Shown in pieces: positions 51,712 to 64,000 of a stretch of DNA of 64,000 nucleotides. The position numbers were made by a program, and so were the translations under genes. Below the pieces are notes generated by a model, which did not search any database, had not been told where the DNA came from, and saw only the letters and a list, made by a program, of their open reading frames with translations. Origin of the DNA: Mobula hypostoma (lineage: Eukaryota); assembly GCF_963921235.1 (NCBI RefSeq), contig NC_086097.1, forward strand, positions 28,460,001 to 28,524,000, read 5' to 3'. Each line of letters opens with the position of its first letter. The stretch's first letter is position 1.

Positions 51712-52077
51712 TGATATGTCCCTAGAAAAGGAGGTGTAAGGCACTCCTTTCCTCCGCTAGCCTTCAGGTCACCATGGGCAAGGTGTAGCACCTGCTTAAC
51801 CCCCCCACACCCCCCACCCCGATCACAGGCACCTGAAGCCATGGGAGCAGGTGGTGGATGGTATTATGAGCAGCTGGTGCACATCACAAGTCCTGGTTAT
51901 GCAATCACTGACAGTTTCTGAAGAGTATTGATAGTGGCTGAAGTCACCCACCTTCCAAGAGACTGCCCAGAAGATGACAACGGTAAACCACTTTTGTAGA
52001 AAAATTTGCCAAGCACAATCATGGTTAAAGACCATGATTGCCCATGTTATATGACACAGCACATAATGATGATGATA
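51712..52077 (+). mobile_element. Short RTE-tailed non-autonomous retroposon inside a CR1 fragment (51255-52200)
   Basis: aaaccacttttgtagaaaaatttgccaag RTE-like 3' motif, (GAT)n tail; interrupts the CR1 3' end. Confidence 0.55.
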
Positions 52078-52964
52078 GGTACATACATGGATGAAAGAAA
52101 AACGGAGGACGATGTAGGAGGGAAGTGTTAGAGGGATCTTGGAGCAGGTTAAGAGGCTGGCACTTGTGGGTTGAAGGGCCCTTCCTCTGCTGTATTCTAT
52201 ACACACGAAAGGGGTCACATGAAAGTAGCATTTTGACCTGAAACATCAACAATTCCTTTCCCCCACAGGTGCTGCTTTCCTCCAGCAGATTGTTGTGTGT
52301 GGATCTTTTGTTTTGAACGGCCTGCCTCTGTGCTCTGAGTACCGGTTAATAATTTTATCACCAGATTACCCAGCTCAAATGGGACCAAGACACAGTCGGA
52401 CTGTCAGCAGTGGATCAATGGGAGCACTGCCCGTGTTTTAGGGAATTAATCAAGACATTTGGACCTGGGAGGGATTTTTAATTAAGTTAATAAGTCTAAA
52501 TGAGTTACATTAGTACAGCACATTAAAAGGCTCTTCAGACCAAAATGCTTGTATGGGACATGATGCCAAATTAAATTAAATCTCTTGATTTAGGCTGAAG
52601 CTTTATAAAGCATTGATCGCACTGCATTTGGAGCACTGTGAGCATTTTTGTGTCCCATATCTGAGAAAGGATGTGCTGGAATCTGTGGCAATCAACTCCA
52701 CCGATCTGCCACCCTCTGGTTAACGAAATTCTTCCTCACCTCCATTTTAAATGGGCATCCCTCTATTCTGAGGCTATGTCCTCTGGTCCTAGACTCACCC
52801 ACTAAAGGAACACCTCCGCTCCAACTTGGCCTTTCGATGTTCGTTAGGTTTCAATGAGATCCGCCCTCCCACCACCCCAGTCTTCTAAACTCCAGTGAGT
52901 ACAGGCTCAGAGCCAAAAGTGAATCCTTTCACTCTCAGGATTATTCTCCTTCCATCATTATTAC

Positions 52965-53151
52965 CTCACAGTGATTCCCAATCTTGGTTTGCGAGATGTC
53001 CAGGTTCTGGTGCTTCTCCTTCAGTTCGTGATACTGGGCCTTCCAGCGCTCCAGCTCCAGCTCGGTGCTGTTCAGACTGCTCCTGCACTCCTTGGCCAGG
53101 CTCTGCAGCCGGTTGTATTCCTCCTTCAGTGTACCGTTCATCGAGTGCAGC
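52965..53151 (-). CDS. CCDC88C: Daple coiled-coil exon (187 nt, phase 2-0)
   Basis: ttgcag acceptor, GAG|gtaata donor; LHSMNGTLKEEYNRLQ...HQNLDISQTKIGNHCE. Confidence 0.94.
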
Positions 53152-53637
53152 CTGCAACACAAACCGTGCGGCCCCCCCCGTCAGTTGGCGTGTGGGGCGC
53201 AGGAACGGGGAACTCGCGCTGGAACCCCGCTAGAGGGCGGCGCAGAGCTCTGAGCACCCCATTACCAGGTAGACATGAGGGCAGAGGAATCTAACAAGGA
53301 CTGGAGATAATTAGTTATGAAGGGAGATTGGCTCGGCTGGTGTGGGTTGTGTGGAAATCAAACTTAACGCTTTCAGAGGCCTATCTGGGGGTTGGAGGAC
53401 TGACTGTGTGTGTGTTGGCGGGTGGGAGAGAGGAAAGGGGCTTGTTCTGCTGTTGCTTGTTGTGTTCTGTGTTGTTCTGCTCAACATTGCGGCTATGCTA
53501 CGATGGCACTGGAGAGAGTCGTGACGCTTCCATCTACCCCAACTACAAACTTGGGTGTGTTGGCTGTTAACACAATCAATGCATTGCACTGTATGCTTCG
53601 GTGTGCATGTGATAAATAAATCTGGATCTTGAATCTT

Positions 53638-53829
53638 GGTGAGGCAGCGAGGGAGTCGCTCGGTGAGGCAGCGAGGGAGTCGCTCGGCGAGGCAGCGAGG
53701 GTGTCGCTCGGCGAGGTAGCGAGGGTGTCGCTCGGCGAGGTAGCGAGGGTGTCGCTCGGCGAGGTAGCCAGGGAGTCGCTCGGCGAGGTAGCCAGGGAGT
53801 CGCTCGGCGAGGTAGTGAGGGAGTTGCTC
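53638..53829 (+). repeat. 24-bp CpG-rich minisatellite, 8 copies
   Basis: gg(c/t)gagg(c/t)agc(g/c)aggg(a/t)gtcgctc tandem units. Confidence 0.95.
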
Positions 53830-54664
53830 GAGTGGACCACAAAGCTCCCTAAAGTTGAGCTCCTGGTGTCCAGTCAATGCTTATTCCTTATCCAATTGCA
53901 GTTTTCACTGGCTTGTTCTGGGAGCTTGTTGTGTGCACATTGGCTGTTTTAGCATTTTGTAGAGAGTGAAATGATTTAGCTTTTAAAAAGGCACCAGGGA
54001 CAAGCACTGAGCACTCTTGACTCCGACCAATGGATCCTAAGCACCACCCCTTCTTCTCACATCCTCCCGCATAGACCCCACCCATCAACTTCCTACACAG
54101 GACACCACCCCCCCCACACCCTCCCTCGTAAACCCCACACCTGAACTTCCCACATAGGTCCCACCCACACCTTCTCTCACAGGTCCCACACCCCCAACCT
54201 GAATGTATGGGCCCCACCCCTCAGCCGTCCTCATAGACCTTACCCACCTTCTCGCACAGGCTTGTCCACGCCAGAACAGGCCCCACTCTCACCTGTCCTC
54301 ATGTGCTTCAGCACCCCCCCGCCTTCTGCTCACACAGGCCCAAACCCCACCTGTTTGTAACGGCCTCGCCCACGCTTGACTGTACAACCTTCTCAGCTCC
54401 ATTCTAACTTGAATACAGGCTCTGATCTCAGCTGGCTGTATGAGCCAAGCTCTGTCCCTGCTTGTCTGTAGGGGCTCTGGCTCTGCCCAATTTGAATGCA
54501 GGGGCTAGGTTCCGCCCTCATATTTGCAAAAATTCCAGGCTCTGCCCCCATTTGAGTTTAGGCCTCACCTCCTTGTCCAGGCTCCACCCCTTATCCGTTG
54601 GCTCTGAGATGGGGCTCTGCACTCAGCCCCAGTGAACCGTCCACCCGTGTACCTGGCCGCTCAC

Positions 54665-54808
54665 CTGCTCACGTCAGCCTTCAGCTGCCTGTTCTCCTCC
54701 GTGATGGCTGCGTTTCTCCTGGATTCCCGCTGCAGGCTCTCCTTCTGGGCCTGAAACTCTGAGTCCAGCTTCTCCACTTCGGCCTGCTTCTTCAGCAGCC
54801 CCAGGTAC
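54665..54808 (-). CDS. CCDC88C: Daple coiled-coil exon (144 nt, phase 2-2)
   Basis: gtgcag acceptor, CAG|gtgagc donor; YLGLLKKQAEVEKLDSEFQAQKESLQRESRRNAAITEENRQLKADVS; phases fit both neighbours (this frame is not in the ORF track). Confidence 0.92.
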
Positions 54809-56636
54809 CTGCACACAGAGACAGGGCGAAGCAGTCACACCCGGGCTGGCACGGGAGCCAACGTAGGGACTCACACTGCAACACGGGCAGGGAGGGTGAG
54901 TCTCCCCTTCCCTCGCGAGTGTGAGAAATGGGATTTTATAGTACAGCACAGAAACAGGCCCTTCAGCCCACAATGTCTACATAAAACATGCTTCAGATTA
55001 AACCACATCTCCTCTGCCTGCACATGATCCACATCTCCATTCCCTGAATGTACCTCTGAAACACCATCATCAAATCTGCTTCCACCACCACCGCTGGCAG
55101 CCCATTCCAGGAGCCCATCGCTCTGTATGAATAACACTTGGTGACCCACACATCCCCCTTAAACCTCTCACATTAACACTTCTACCCTGTTAAAAAGACT
55201 GACTGTCTATTCTATCTGTGCTTCTTATAACTTTATAAACTTTCATCAAGCCTCTGACGCTCCACGCCATCGAGGATATTGCCCAGAGGTGATGCCTCAA
55301 ATGTGCTGTATCCATCATGAAAGACCCTCCCCATCCAGGACACCGCCTCTGCTCATTACAGAAGCAGCTTCTTCCTTTCCGCTGTCAAATTTCTGAACGG
55401 TCCATGAACCCACAAACACTGGCTCACTATTTATTTCCTTGTTTCTAACTCATAGTAATCCTCATGTTTTGCACTGTTCTGCTGCCACAAAACCAACATT
55501 TTTATGACAAATACCAATGCTGGAGGAACTCAGCAGGCCAGGCAGCGTCTATCAAAGTTCAACGCTGAAAGTAAGTCTATTGTCACGGTACATTTACGTC
55601 ACCATATACAAACCTGAGATTCATTTTCTTGTGGGCATTCACAGCAAGTACAAGGAACAGAATGGAATCAATGAAAGACCGCACCCCAACAGGATGGACA
55701 AATGTGCGAAAGGCAACAAACTGAGTAAATACAAAAAGAAAAAAATTATAATGATAAATAAATAAGCGACAAATATCAAGAACACGAGATGAGGAGTCCC
55801 TGAAAATGAGTCCATAGTTTGTGGGAACAGTTCAGTTATGGGGCGAGTGAAGTTATCTCCACTGGTTCAAGAGCCTGATGGTTGAGGGGTAATAACTGTT
55901 TCTGAACCTGGTGGTGTGGATCCTGAGGCTCCTGTACCTTCTTCCTGATGGCAGAAGTGAGAAGAGAGCGTGACCTGGGTGGTGGGGGTCCCTGATGATG
56001 GATGCAGCTTTCCTGCAACAGTGCTCCTTGCAGATGTGCTCAATGGTGGGGAGGGCTCTACCCGTCATGGACTGGGTGGAATCCAGTACTTTTTGTAGGA
56101 TCTTCTGTTCGAGGACATTGCTGCTTCCACACTAGGCAGTGATGCAGTCAGTCAAGACTCAACCGTGGATTCATCTACATAGATGCTGCCGGACCTGCTG
56201 AGTTCCTCCAGCATTTTGTGTGTGTTCCTCTGGATTTCCAGCTTCTGCTGAATCTCTTGTGTTTATTTATTGATTTTATTTCGAGATACAGCACGGTAAC
56301 AGGCCCTTCCGGCTCAACAAGCCTGCGATGCCCAGTTACAACCATGTGACCAATACCCCTTACCCATAGTCTATCTTTGGAATGTGGGAGGAGACCTGAG
56401 TATGTGGAGGAAACCCACACAGTCAAGGGGAGAACGTACAAAGTCCGAACAAGCAGCGGCCTGAATTGAACTCCGCCCGCTGGTGCTGTACTATCATTTC
56501 ATTAGCATTTACGCTGCTGGGCAGCCACATTTTTTTTATATTTCTTATTGTAACTTACAGCAAGTTCTATGTCTGGCACTGTACTGCTTATAATCACGAC
56601 GTAAGTCAGTGATTATAAACCTGACTCTGATTATGA

Positions 56637-57497
56637 TGTTACGTACCCCGTAACTGGGTTGCCAAACCAGCAGAAATGGATCACTCAGTTGGAGTCTGGA
56701 GTACTAGAACTAAGAAAGTTTTATTAAAGAAACAAGCAACACAGTAATCGAAAGGATAATAAATGCAACAATTCAACAATGATAACCACACATGTGCACA
56801 GAATTAAGATAACAGCATCAATCAAGCTCTATCGTTGTCTAGGGGTAAATGACCAATTTCAAAATGACTCAAAGTTCAGTCCAGTTAGTAGTTCAGTTCG
56901 CAGTAATCGTTGCCATGGCGATGGACAAGGTGGGGGAAGAGAGACAGAGAGAACAGGAACAACTCATCATTCAGCACAGCTTCACTCACAGACCAGCGAG
57001 ATTGCTCACGAGCAACTTTTGGGCGGGTCCTTGGTGATGTCACCTGAGGTCACCGACTGTGACCCCTCCTCCAGATGCGGTCGATCCTCTGCAGTGAACC
57101 CGGCACCCAGGCAAGGGCGGACACACACCGGGTTCCCGCTGATCGTACCTTTCCACCCTTGTCGTTGTCTGGCACTTCTCACCCACTCGTGAGAGGCGCA
57201 CCGCTTCCAGGGTCTCGTTACCTCGGGTGGCGTGTGTGTCCTGTCTTAGCGAACCTGTCCCTTTTTATCCCCCTGCTGGGGTATCGCCTGTCCATCGCTT
57301 CAAACAGTTCAGGGTTCAAAGGGGGAGCCGCTCCAGACAGCTCTCTCTCCCACATCCCTTCATTACACATCTCCAGACGCTGCTCCATTGTTCCTTATCT
57401 CTCCTTCCCCTGAGGGCAGGTGGCAGACCAACTGCTGATGCCACTGATGCTAGCCCAGGCCAGCAAACATCTTAATTTTATGTGTATTCTCGTAACA
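56637..57497 (-). mobile_element. Solo LTR (861 bp), Gypsy-like
   Basis: Inverted ends TGTTACG...CGTAACA; 4-bp TSD ATGA (56633-36, 57498-501); minus-strand gataaaaag near 57265 and AATAAA near 56722. Confidence 0.88.
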
Positions 57498-58345
57498 ATG
57501 ATTATGGCATTTTAAGCTTCAAGAAACACACCAGACTCTGCAGGTGCTGGAAATCTTGAGCAACACACGCGAGATGCTGGAGGAACTCAGCAGGCCGTGC
57601 AGCACCCATGGAGGAGAACAAGCAGCTGACATTCAGACCGAGGCCCTTCCCCCAGGACCCATGCAGGGTCTTGGCCTGAGACCTCAGTATTTTGCTCTCT
57701 TTTTGCACGACATACTTAAGTTTTTATATTTCTTATTGTAGCTGATAGTACTGTTTTATGTGCTGGACTGTACTGCTGCTGCAGAACGAACTTCAATAGA
57801 TACAGAGTGAGAAGTATCCTGACTGGTTGCATCATGGCCTGGTACAGGAATGCCAATGCCCAGGAACAGAAAACTCTACAAAAAGTGCTGGATAAGGCCC
57901 AGTCGATCACAGGCAAAACCCTCCCCAGCATTTACAAGCATTGCCACAAGAAGGCAGCATCCAGCAAAGGACTTTCACCATCCAGGCTACACTCTCTTTT
58001 CACTTCTACCATCACACAGGAGGTCCCACATCACCAGGTTGAGGAGCAATTATTAACCTACAACCATCAGGCTCCTGAACCAGCATGGACAACTTCACTC
58101 ACTTAAACACTGAACTGACTCCACAACCCACCGACTCACTCTCAAAGACTATACACATCATGTTCTCAGTATTATTTATTCAGGTTTTTTTTAATATTTG
58201 CACAAGATTTGTCTTCTTTTGCACTTGCTGGGAAATGAATCTCAGGGTAGTATATGATGGCGTACTTCGATCATCACCTTACCTTGACATTACTTCGAAT
58301 TTCACAACTCACGTTAGTGAGAAGAACCTGATTCTGATTCATTAC

Positions 58346-58623
58346 CTGGTCTCCAGATCCTTGTGTTGAGACTCCAGGCTCCTGTACGATGACTTGAAGG
58401 AGGCCTGCTGGGTGATGAGGGCCTCACACTCGGTGGACTGCCGCTCGTTCAGCGCCATCAGCCGCTCGTGGTCCTGCAGTAGGGAGTCGTGCGCCACCTT
58501 CAGCTCCTCCTTCTGCCGGGCCAGGCCATCCCGCTCGTTCTCCGCCGCTGACTGCGCATTCTGCAGCATCGCGTTCTGGCCCATAAGCGCCGCGCTCTGC
58601 GAGTTCAGGGTCGAGTTCTCCAC
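58346..58623 (-). CDS. CCDC88C: Daple coiled-coil exon (278 nt, phase 0-2)
   Basis: tcacag acceptor, CAG|gtaatg donor; VENSTLNSQSAALMGQNAMLQ...QHKDLETR continues NAKLQ|VENSTL as in CCDC88A/C. Confidence 0.95.
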
Positions 58624-58682
58624 CTGTGACGGCAGCACACCACACACCCCCCAGGAGACAGAGACAACGTTACACCTTGCAA

Positions 58683-60120
58683 GACCATCAGCACATAAGA
58701 CATAAGGTTACTCTGCTCATCGAGTCTGCTCCACCATTCCATAATGGCTGATCCCAGATCCCACTCAACCCCATACACCTGCCCTCTCGCCACGTCCTTT
58801 GATGCCCTGACTGATCAGGAAACTATCAACATACTTAAATATAGGCATGGATTTGGCCTCCACTGCAGTCTGTGGCAGAACATTCCACAGATTCATTACA
58901 CTCTGGCTAAAAATAATTCTCCTTACTTCTGTTCTGAAAGGTTGCCCCTCAGTTTTGATGTTGTGCCCTCTAGTTCTGGATATCCCCACCATCCTCTCCT
59001 CATCCACCCTATCTAGTCCTTTTAACATTCGATACGCTTCAATGAGATCCCCCCCATGTTCTTTTAAATTCCAGAGAGTACAGGCCCAAAGCTGCCAAAC
59101 GCTCCTCATATGTTAACCCCTTCATTCCCGAATTCATCCTCGTGAACCTTCTCTAGACTCTCTCCAATGTTAACACATCATTGCCTTTCTGAGATATGGG
59201 GCCCAAAACTGTTAACAATACTCCAAGTGCAGCCTGACTAGTGTCTTATAAAGGCTCAGCATTATCTCCTTCTGTTCTCCTTGAAATAAATGCCAACATT
59301 GCATTTGCCTTTACCTGTACCTTCTGGGAGTCTTGCACGAGGACTCCTAAGTCCCTCTGCACCTCTGATGTTTGAACCTTCTCCCCGTTTAGATAATAGT
59401 CTGCACTACTGTTCCTTTTTCCAAAATGCATCATCATACATTTCCCAGCACTGTATTCCATCTGACACTTTTTACCCCATTCCAATTTGTCTAAGTCCTG
59501 CTGCAATCACATTGCTTCCTCAGCACTACCTACCCCTCCACCTGTTTTTGTATCATCTGTGAACTTTGCCACAAAGCCATCAATTCCATTATCTACATCA
59601 CTGACAAACAATGTGAAAATTACCGGTCCCAACACTGACCCCTGAGGAAAACCACTAGTCGCTGGCAGCCAACCAGAAAAGGCCCCCTGTATTCCCAATC
59701 GCTGCCTTCCTGCCTGTCAGCCATTTTTCTATCCATGCCAACTTCTTTCCTGTAATGCCATGGGATTTTATATTGTTAAGCAGCCTCATGTGTGGCACCT
59801 TATCAAATGCTTTCTGAAAATCCAAGTAAATGACATCCACTGCCTCTCCTTTGTCCATCCTGCTTGTTACTTCCTCGAAGAACTCCTAACAGATTTGTCA
59901 GACAAGATTTCCCTTTATGAAGCCATGCTGACTTTGACTTGTTTTATCATTAGTCTCCAAGTATCCTGAAACCTCATCCTTAATAATAGACTCCAACACT
60001 TTCCCAACCACTGTGGTTAGGCTAACTGGCCCATAATTTCCCTTCTTAAAGAGTGGAGTAACATTTGCAATTTTCCAGTCCTCCAGGACCATGCCAGAAT
60101 CAAGTGATTCTTGAAAGATA
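58683..60120 (-). mobile_element. 5'-truncated decayed CR1 LINE
   Basis: EDWKIANVTPLFKKG, IYLDFQKAFDKVPH, PQGSVLGP and KFTDDTK motifs. Confidence 0.88.
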
Positions 60121-61714
60121 GCTGATGTTTCTGCAAAGACCAGAAGCTCTGAAGTGGGGACTCTGGGTGGCACACCCCATTGCCCCCGAGACACAGTGAC
60201 AATGTCAGAGGTCAGAGGTCAGAGGACCAATATCAGACTGCCAACACACCCCAACCACAAGAGAGACAAAGGAAATGACTGATACGGTAGGGACAGCAGA
60301 CTCATATGGCACTACCCAAACCCATACCCTCCCCAGACACAGAGTCAATGTCAGATGTCAGCATACTATTGTATCACAGACTCTGGGCGACACACACCTA
60401 CCAACGCCACCATGGACACAGGGAGACAGGGCCTCCCCACGACTATACCACCCCCCCACCCAGCGACACACTGACAACATTACAGACCAAGAGAACGAAT
60501 ACTCCCGTACAACAGAATCTAGATGACAACCTCCCTACTCCCAACCCCCCAACACAATTTCACTAATGTTACACGTTAGAAAACAAAATAGGACGAATAC
60601 CTCTGGATCACAGACAGCAGTCTCTGGAAAACACCACCACCCCCACCCCGGCCCCCCCCCCCCGAGGCCGAGACACGCCAACAACATTAAGCACGAGAGG
60701 ACCAATACCTCTAGGCCAGCAGATGGTGGACAACACAGCCCACACTCCTCTCCACTCGCCACTCACGTTAGACATCAAGAGAATGAACATCTTCGGGATA
60801 GCGGAATTGGGACTACTATCCCACTACTACATCCTCCCCGCCAATGTCAGATGTTAGAGAGGGAATAAGGACCAAAGCCTCTGGGACAGCAAACAGCTGA
60901 CTTTGCACAATCTTCCCCCACCCCCACACCCATAGAAACCCCTCACTCCAATGACACAGCAATATGGTTGGATATCAGACCAACACCTCAGGTCCTCTGA
61001 TCTGGGAAAGCAGATCACAGAGAACAGCAGCAGAGAAGACAACACAGGATACACAAGCAGAGAGGAGGTAGGGTGGGGGCAAGTGAGAATGTTGGCAGGG
61101 AGGGATGGAGGGGAGAGGGGTCTAGGGAGTGGGTGAGGAAGAGTGTTCGTGGAGGGTTTTGACTGAAGGGTCAAGGCAGGGGGTAAAAGGTGGGGCCAAG
61201 GAAAATTGGGGGGGGCTTAAAGGGGGATGCGAGGGAGGACAAGCATGGTGTCCAGGGAGATGGTTGAGGGATGTGAGGAAGCAGGGGGGTCAAAGAAGAC
61301 AGGGTTTGATGGGGTGGGGGAAGAAGGGCAAGGCTGGGGTCAAGGGAGAGAGGTCAAAGGTTGCCAGGAAGAGGGGCAAAGGAATGGGTGAGGGAATGCG
61401 TTAGGGGAGGGCTTTGACTGAAGGGTCGAGGGAGGGGGTAATAGGTGGGGCAAAGGAAGACCGGAGGGGTGGGGGGGATTAATGGGGGACGCGAGTGAGG
61501 ACAAGCATGGTGTTGAGGGATGTCAGGGAGGTGAGGGTTGAGAGATGGAAGGGAGAGGGGGAAAAGCAGGTGGGGGGACTAGGGAGGCAAGGAGGGGTGA
61601 GAAGTAGGAAGAAGGGTATGGGAGTGAGGGGATCATGTGACAATTGGAAGGGAGGGGGAGGGATGGATGGGCGACGGGGGGTGTGGTTGCAGGCGGTGGG
61701 GAGGGCGTAGGTAC

Positions 61715-61876
61715 CTGCAGCTTGGCATTCTGGATCTGCAGAGCGTTGCTGTGTTCCTGCATGGATGCGGCCTGACGCTGCAGCATCACAATCTGAGAGT
61801 TGACCGCGCTGTTCTGTGCTTCCAGCTGCTTTATCTGCTTCTTCAGTAACTCCCTCTCCGCTTGCAACGCCGCGTT
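61715..61876 (-). CDS. CCDC88C: Daple coiled-coil exon (162 nt, phase 0-0); the gene continues beyond the window end
   Basis: ttgcag acceptor, CAG|gtacct donor; encodes [54 protein letters not shown], a CCDC88-family coiled coil. Confidence 0.93.
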
Positions 61877-62282
61877 CTGCAAACACAACTACTTCAGGTA
61901 CAGCGGGAGAAACACTCGCCAAGCAGCATGAAGGACACACAGGACATCGAACATTACAGCACCGTACAGGACCCGCTGTCTTGTGCCAACCCTTTCACCC
62001 ACTCCAAGTTCAATCTAATGGTTAGACTGATCTTGGAGAAAGGCAAAAGGTCGATGAAAGAAAAATGCGGGGTTAGATTCTAATCCTTCCCTCCCACATA
62101 AACGTCTATTTCTTTATCATCCCTGTGCCTATCTAAGAGTCTCTAAGATGTCCCTAATGTATCTGCCTCTAGAACAATCCCTGACAGTGTGTTCCACACA
62201 CCCACCACTCTCTCTGTGAAAAACAACCCCCCTGCGTTTCAGGTTGAAACCCTATATCAGGATTTAACCCTATATCAGCAAA

Positions 62283-63055
62283 TGTGCGCACGCGCTGGTC
62301 GTGCATGCAGCCTGGTACAGCTGTTCCGATCTATTCTTTTACTTTCTTCTTACTTTTTAATTTACGTTATTTTTTGTATTTTTTTCTCACAATAACACAT
62401 CGAAGCTGCACCCTCTCTAATATGCTGGTAGAGAGAGGTTTATTTGGGTTTTCTTTAGCGCTGGAAATGGTTACATCCCGACACGTGGGACAGAAGCAAG
62501 GTCACATTGTGTATTCCACGGACCAGCAAATTCCGGTCGGCTGAAATCCGGAGGAAAACACACAGAGGGGGATCACAAAGCCGAGGAAAGAGGACCGGGT
62601 CGAGACAACAGAGACTTTTGGAGAAGAGCAGTTCAGTGGGTAATACCGTTCCGGCTGACCGGAAGTGCACTGAGAGCGGTAAGCGTGAAGGGTTGGGGTG
62701 ATTACTGATCTGGCTAACAATGGATGGTGCAATCTGGGGTATATTACGATCGAGGAATGTGTTTGCAGACTGGATATTGAACTTTTTACTGTTGGACTTC
62801 GGCCACATTCCACCGAGATACAACACTGGGTGGCACAGGAGGTCGTTCCTGCCTGTGGCCATCGAACGTGCAGCTCCTCCCGTGGAGGGTCAGACACCCT
62901 GAGCCAATAGACTGGTCCTGGACTTATTTTCCATCTGGCATAGTTTGCATTTTGTTGTTTGATTGTTGGTGGTTTTTGTATTGCTATATTTACGCTCTAT
63001 TCTTGGTTGGTACGGCTGTAACGAAACCCAATCTCCCTCAGGATCAATAAAGTAA

Positions 63056-63095
<40 letters not shown>
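62283..63095 (+). mobile_element. Internally deleted Rex1/Babar-type LINE derivative with (TATC)n tail
   Basis: 5' UTR and endonuclease remnants (ADRKCTESGKREG, NNGWCN...DIELFTVGLRP) fused to the 3' end shared with 50355-50480. Confidence 0.75.
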
Positions 63096-63096
<1 letters not shown>

Positions 63097-63656
63097 ACAT
63101 AGAACAACAGGCCATTCAGTCCAAGATGCTGAGTTGATCTTGATGCCAGTTTATACTAAATGCCCTCCCCCTGTTAATCATCCATTTCCCTTCATTCTTT
63201 TCATATTCACTTCCTCTTGAACTCCACCAAAGTGTCTGCTTCCACTACTAACCCCAGTAACCCAGTCCAGGCACCAGCACAAAAACTCACCTCTCACGCC
63301 ACCTTTAGACACCTCACCCTCTAACCTTAAAAGCATGCCCTCTGGTGTCTGACACTTACACCCAGGGGAAAGGATTCTGACTGTCTACCCTATCTATGCT
63401 TCTCAGAATTTTTGAAAATCCTCCATCAAGTTTCCCCTCAGGCTCCAAAGCGCAGGGACAGCAACCCAAGTTTGCCCAACCTTTCCTCATAGATCATTCC
63501 CTCTAGTCCAGCACCATCCTGGTGAACCTCTTCTGCACCCTCTTCATGTCCTTCCTGTAGCAGGGCTAAGATTTGCCAAGATTCCTCACTGGCTTCCCCA
63601 GCATTGAAGACATCTTCAAAAGGCCACGCCTCAGAAAGGTGTTATCCATCATTAGG

Positions 63657-63962
63657 CATCCGTTAGTCTTGTGAGACCATGGATCCATGCCTGGAAAGTC
63701 TTCACTCTCCAGGGTGCAGGCCTGGGCAAGGTTGTATGGAAAACTGGCAGTTGCCCATGCTGCAAGTCTCCCCTCTCCACGACACTGATGTTGTCCAAGG
63801 GAAGGGCGAGGGCCGATGCAGCTTGGCACCAGTGTCGTCGTAGAGCAATGTGTGATTAAGTGCCTTGCTCAAAGACACAACACACTGCCTCGGCTGGGGC
63901 TCGAACTCACGACCTTCAGATCGCCAGTTCAAAGCCTTAACCACTTGGCCACGTGCCCACAC
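63657..63962 (-). mobile_element. tRNA-headed SINE, same family as 9641-9921
   Basis: gtgtgggcacgtggccaagtggttaagg...gagttcgagcc head; shared body and tail. Confidence 0.78.
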
Positions 63963-64000
63963 TAAGGACCATCATTAAGGACCCCCTTTACCCAGGATAT

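Noticed and set aside
53311..53952. ORFs with 8-aa repeats (LAERLPRY, LGEVARES, SPSDSLAT)
   Set aside because: Produced by a stop-free 24-bp minisatellite open in several frames; no splice or homology support
3147..61876. Assignment as CCDC88A (Girdin) or CCDC88B
   Set aside because: The terminal WYEYGCV, AKALVKL and RDDLLSDYF motifs are Daple-type
63880..63962. tRNA gene (also about 9850-9921 and 17690-17762)
   Set aside because: The tRNA-like heads run into SINE bodies; no complete cloverleaf is evident

Overview
Eukaryotic, repeat-dense genomic DNA. It is most likely from a cartilaginous fish (ray/shark), inferred from the HE1/V-SINE-like, CR1, Rex1/Babar and Penelope repeat content. The window holds the 3' part of one minus-strand gene, CCDC88C (Daple). 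Eleven GT-AG exons from 61876 down to the stop at 3147 splice in phase into 864 codons plus stop: the end of the coiled coil, the GBA motif EMVTLEEFLQES and the C-terminal PDZ-binding motif WYEYGCV. Introns are filled with decayed and nested transposons: CR1, L1, Rex1/Babar, RTE-like derivatives, SINEs, two solo LTRs with 4-bp TSDs, a Tc1 and Penelope elements. The most notable observations are (i) a candidate alternative terminal exon at 38874 with a long UTR-like region, which would give a Daple isoform lacking the GBA and PDZ motifs; (ii) a young Penelope element with inverted pseudo-LTRs, a 13-bp TSD and two intact minimal hammerhead ribozyme motifs; (iii) internally deleted non-autonomous LINE derivatives and minisatellites born at transposon junctions. 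Repeat family names come from motif recognition, not a database search, and repeat boundaries without TSDs are approximate.
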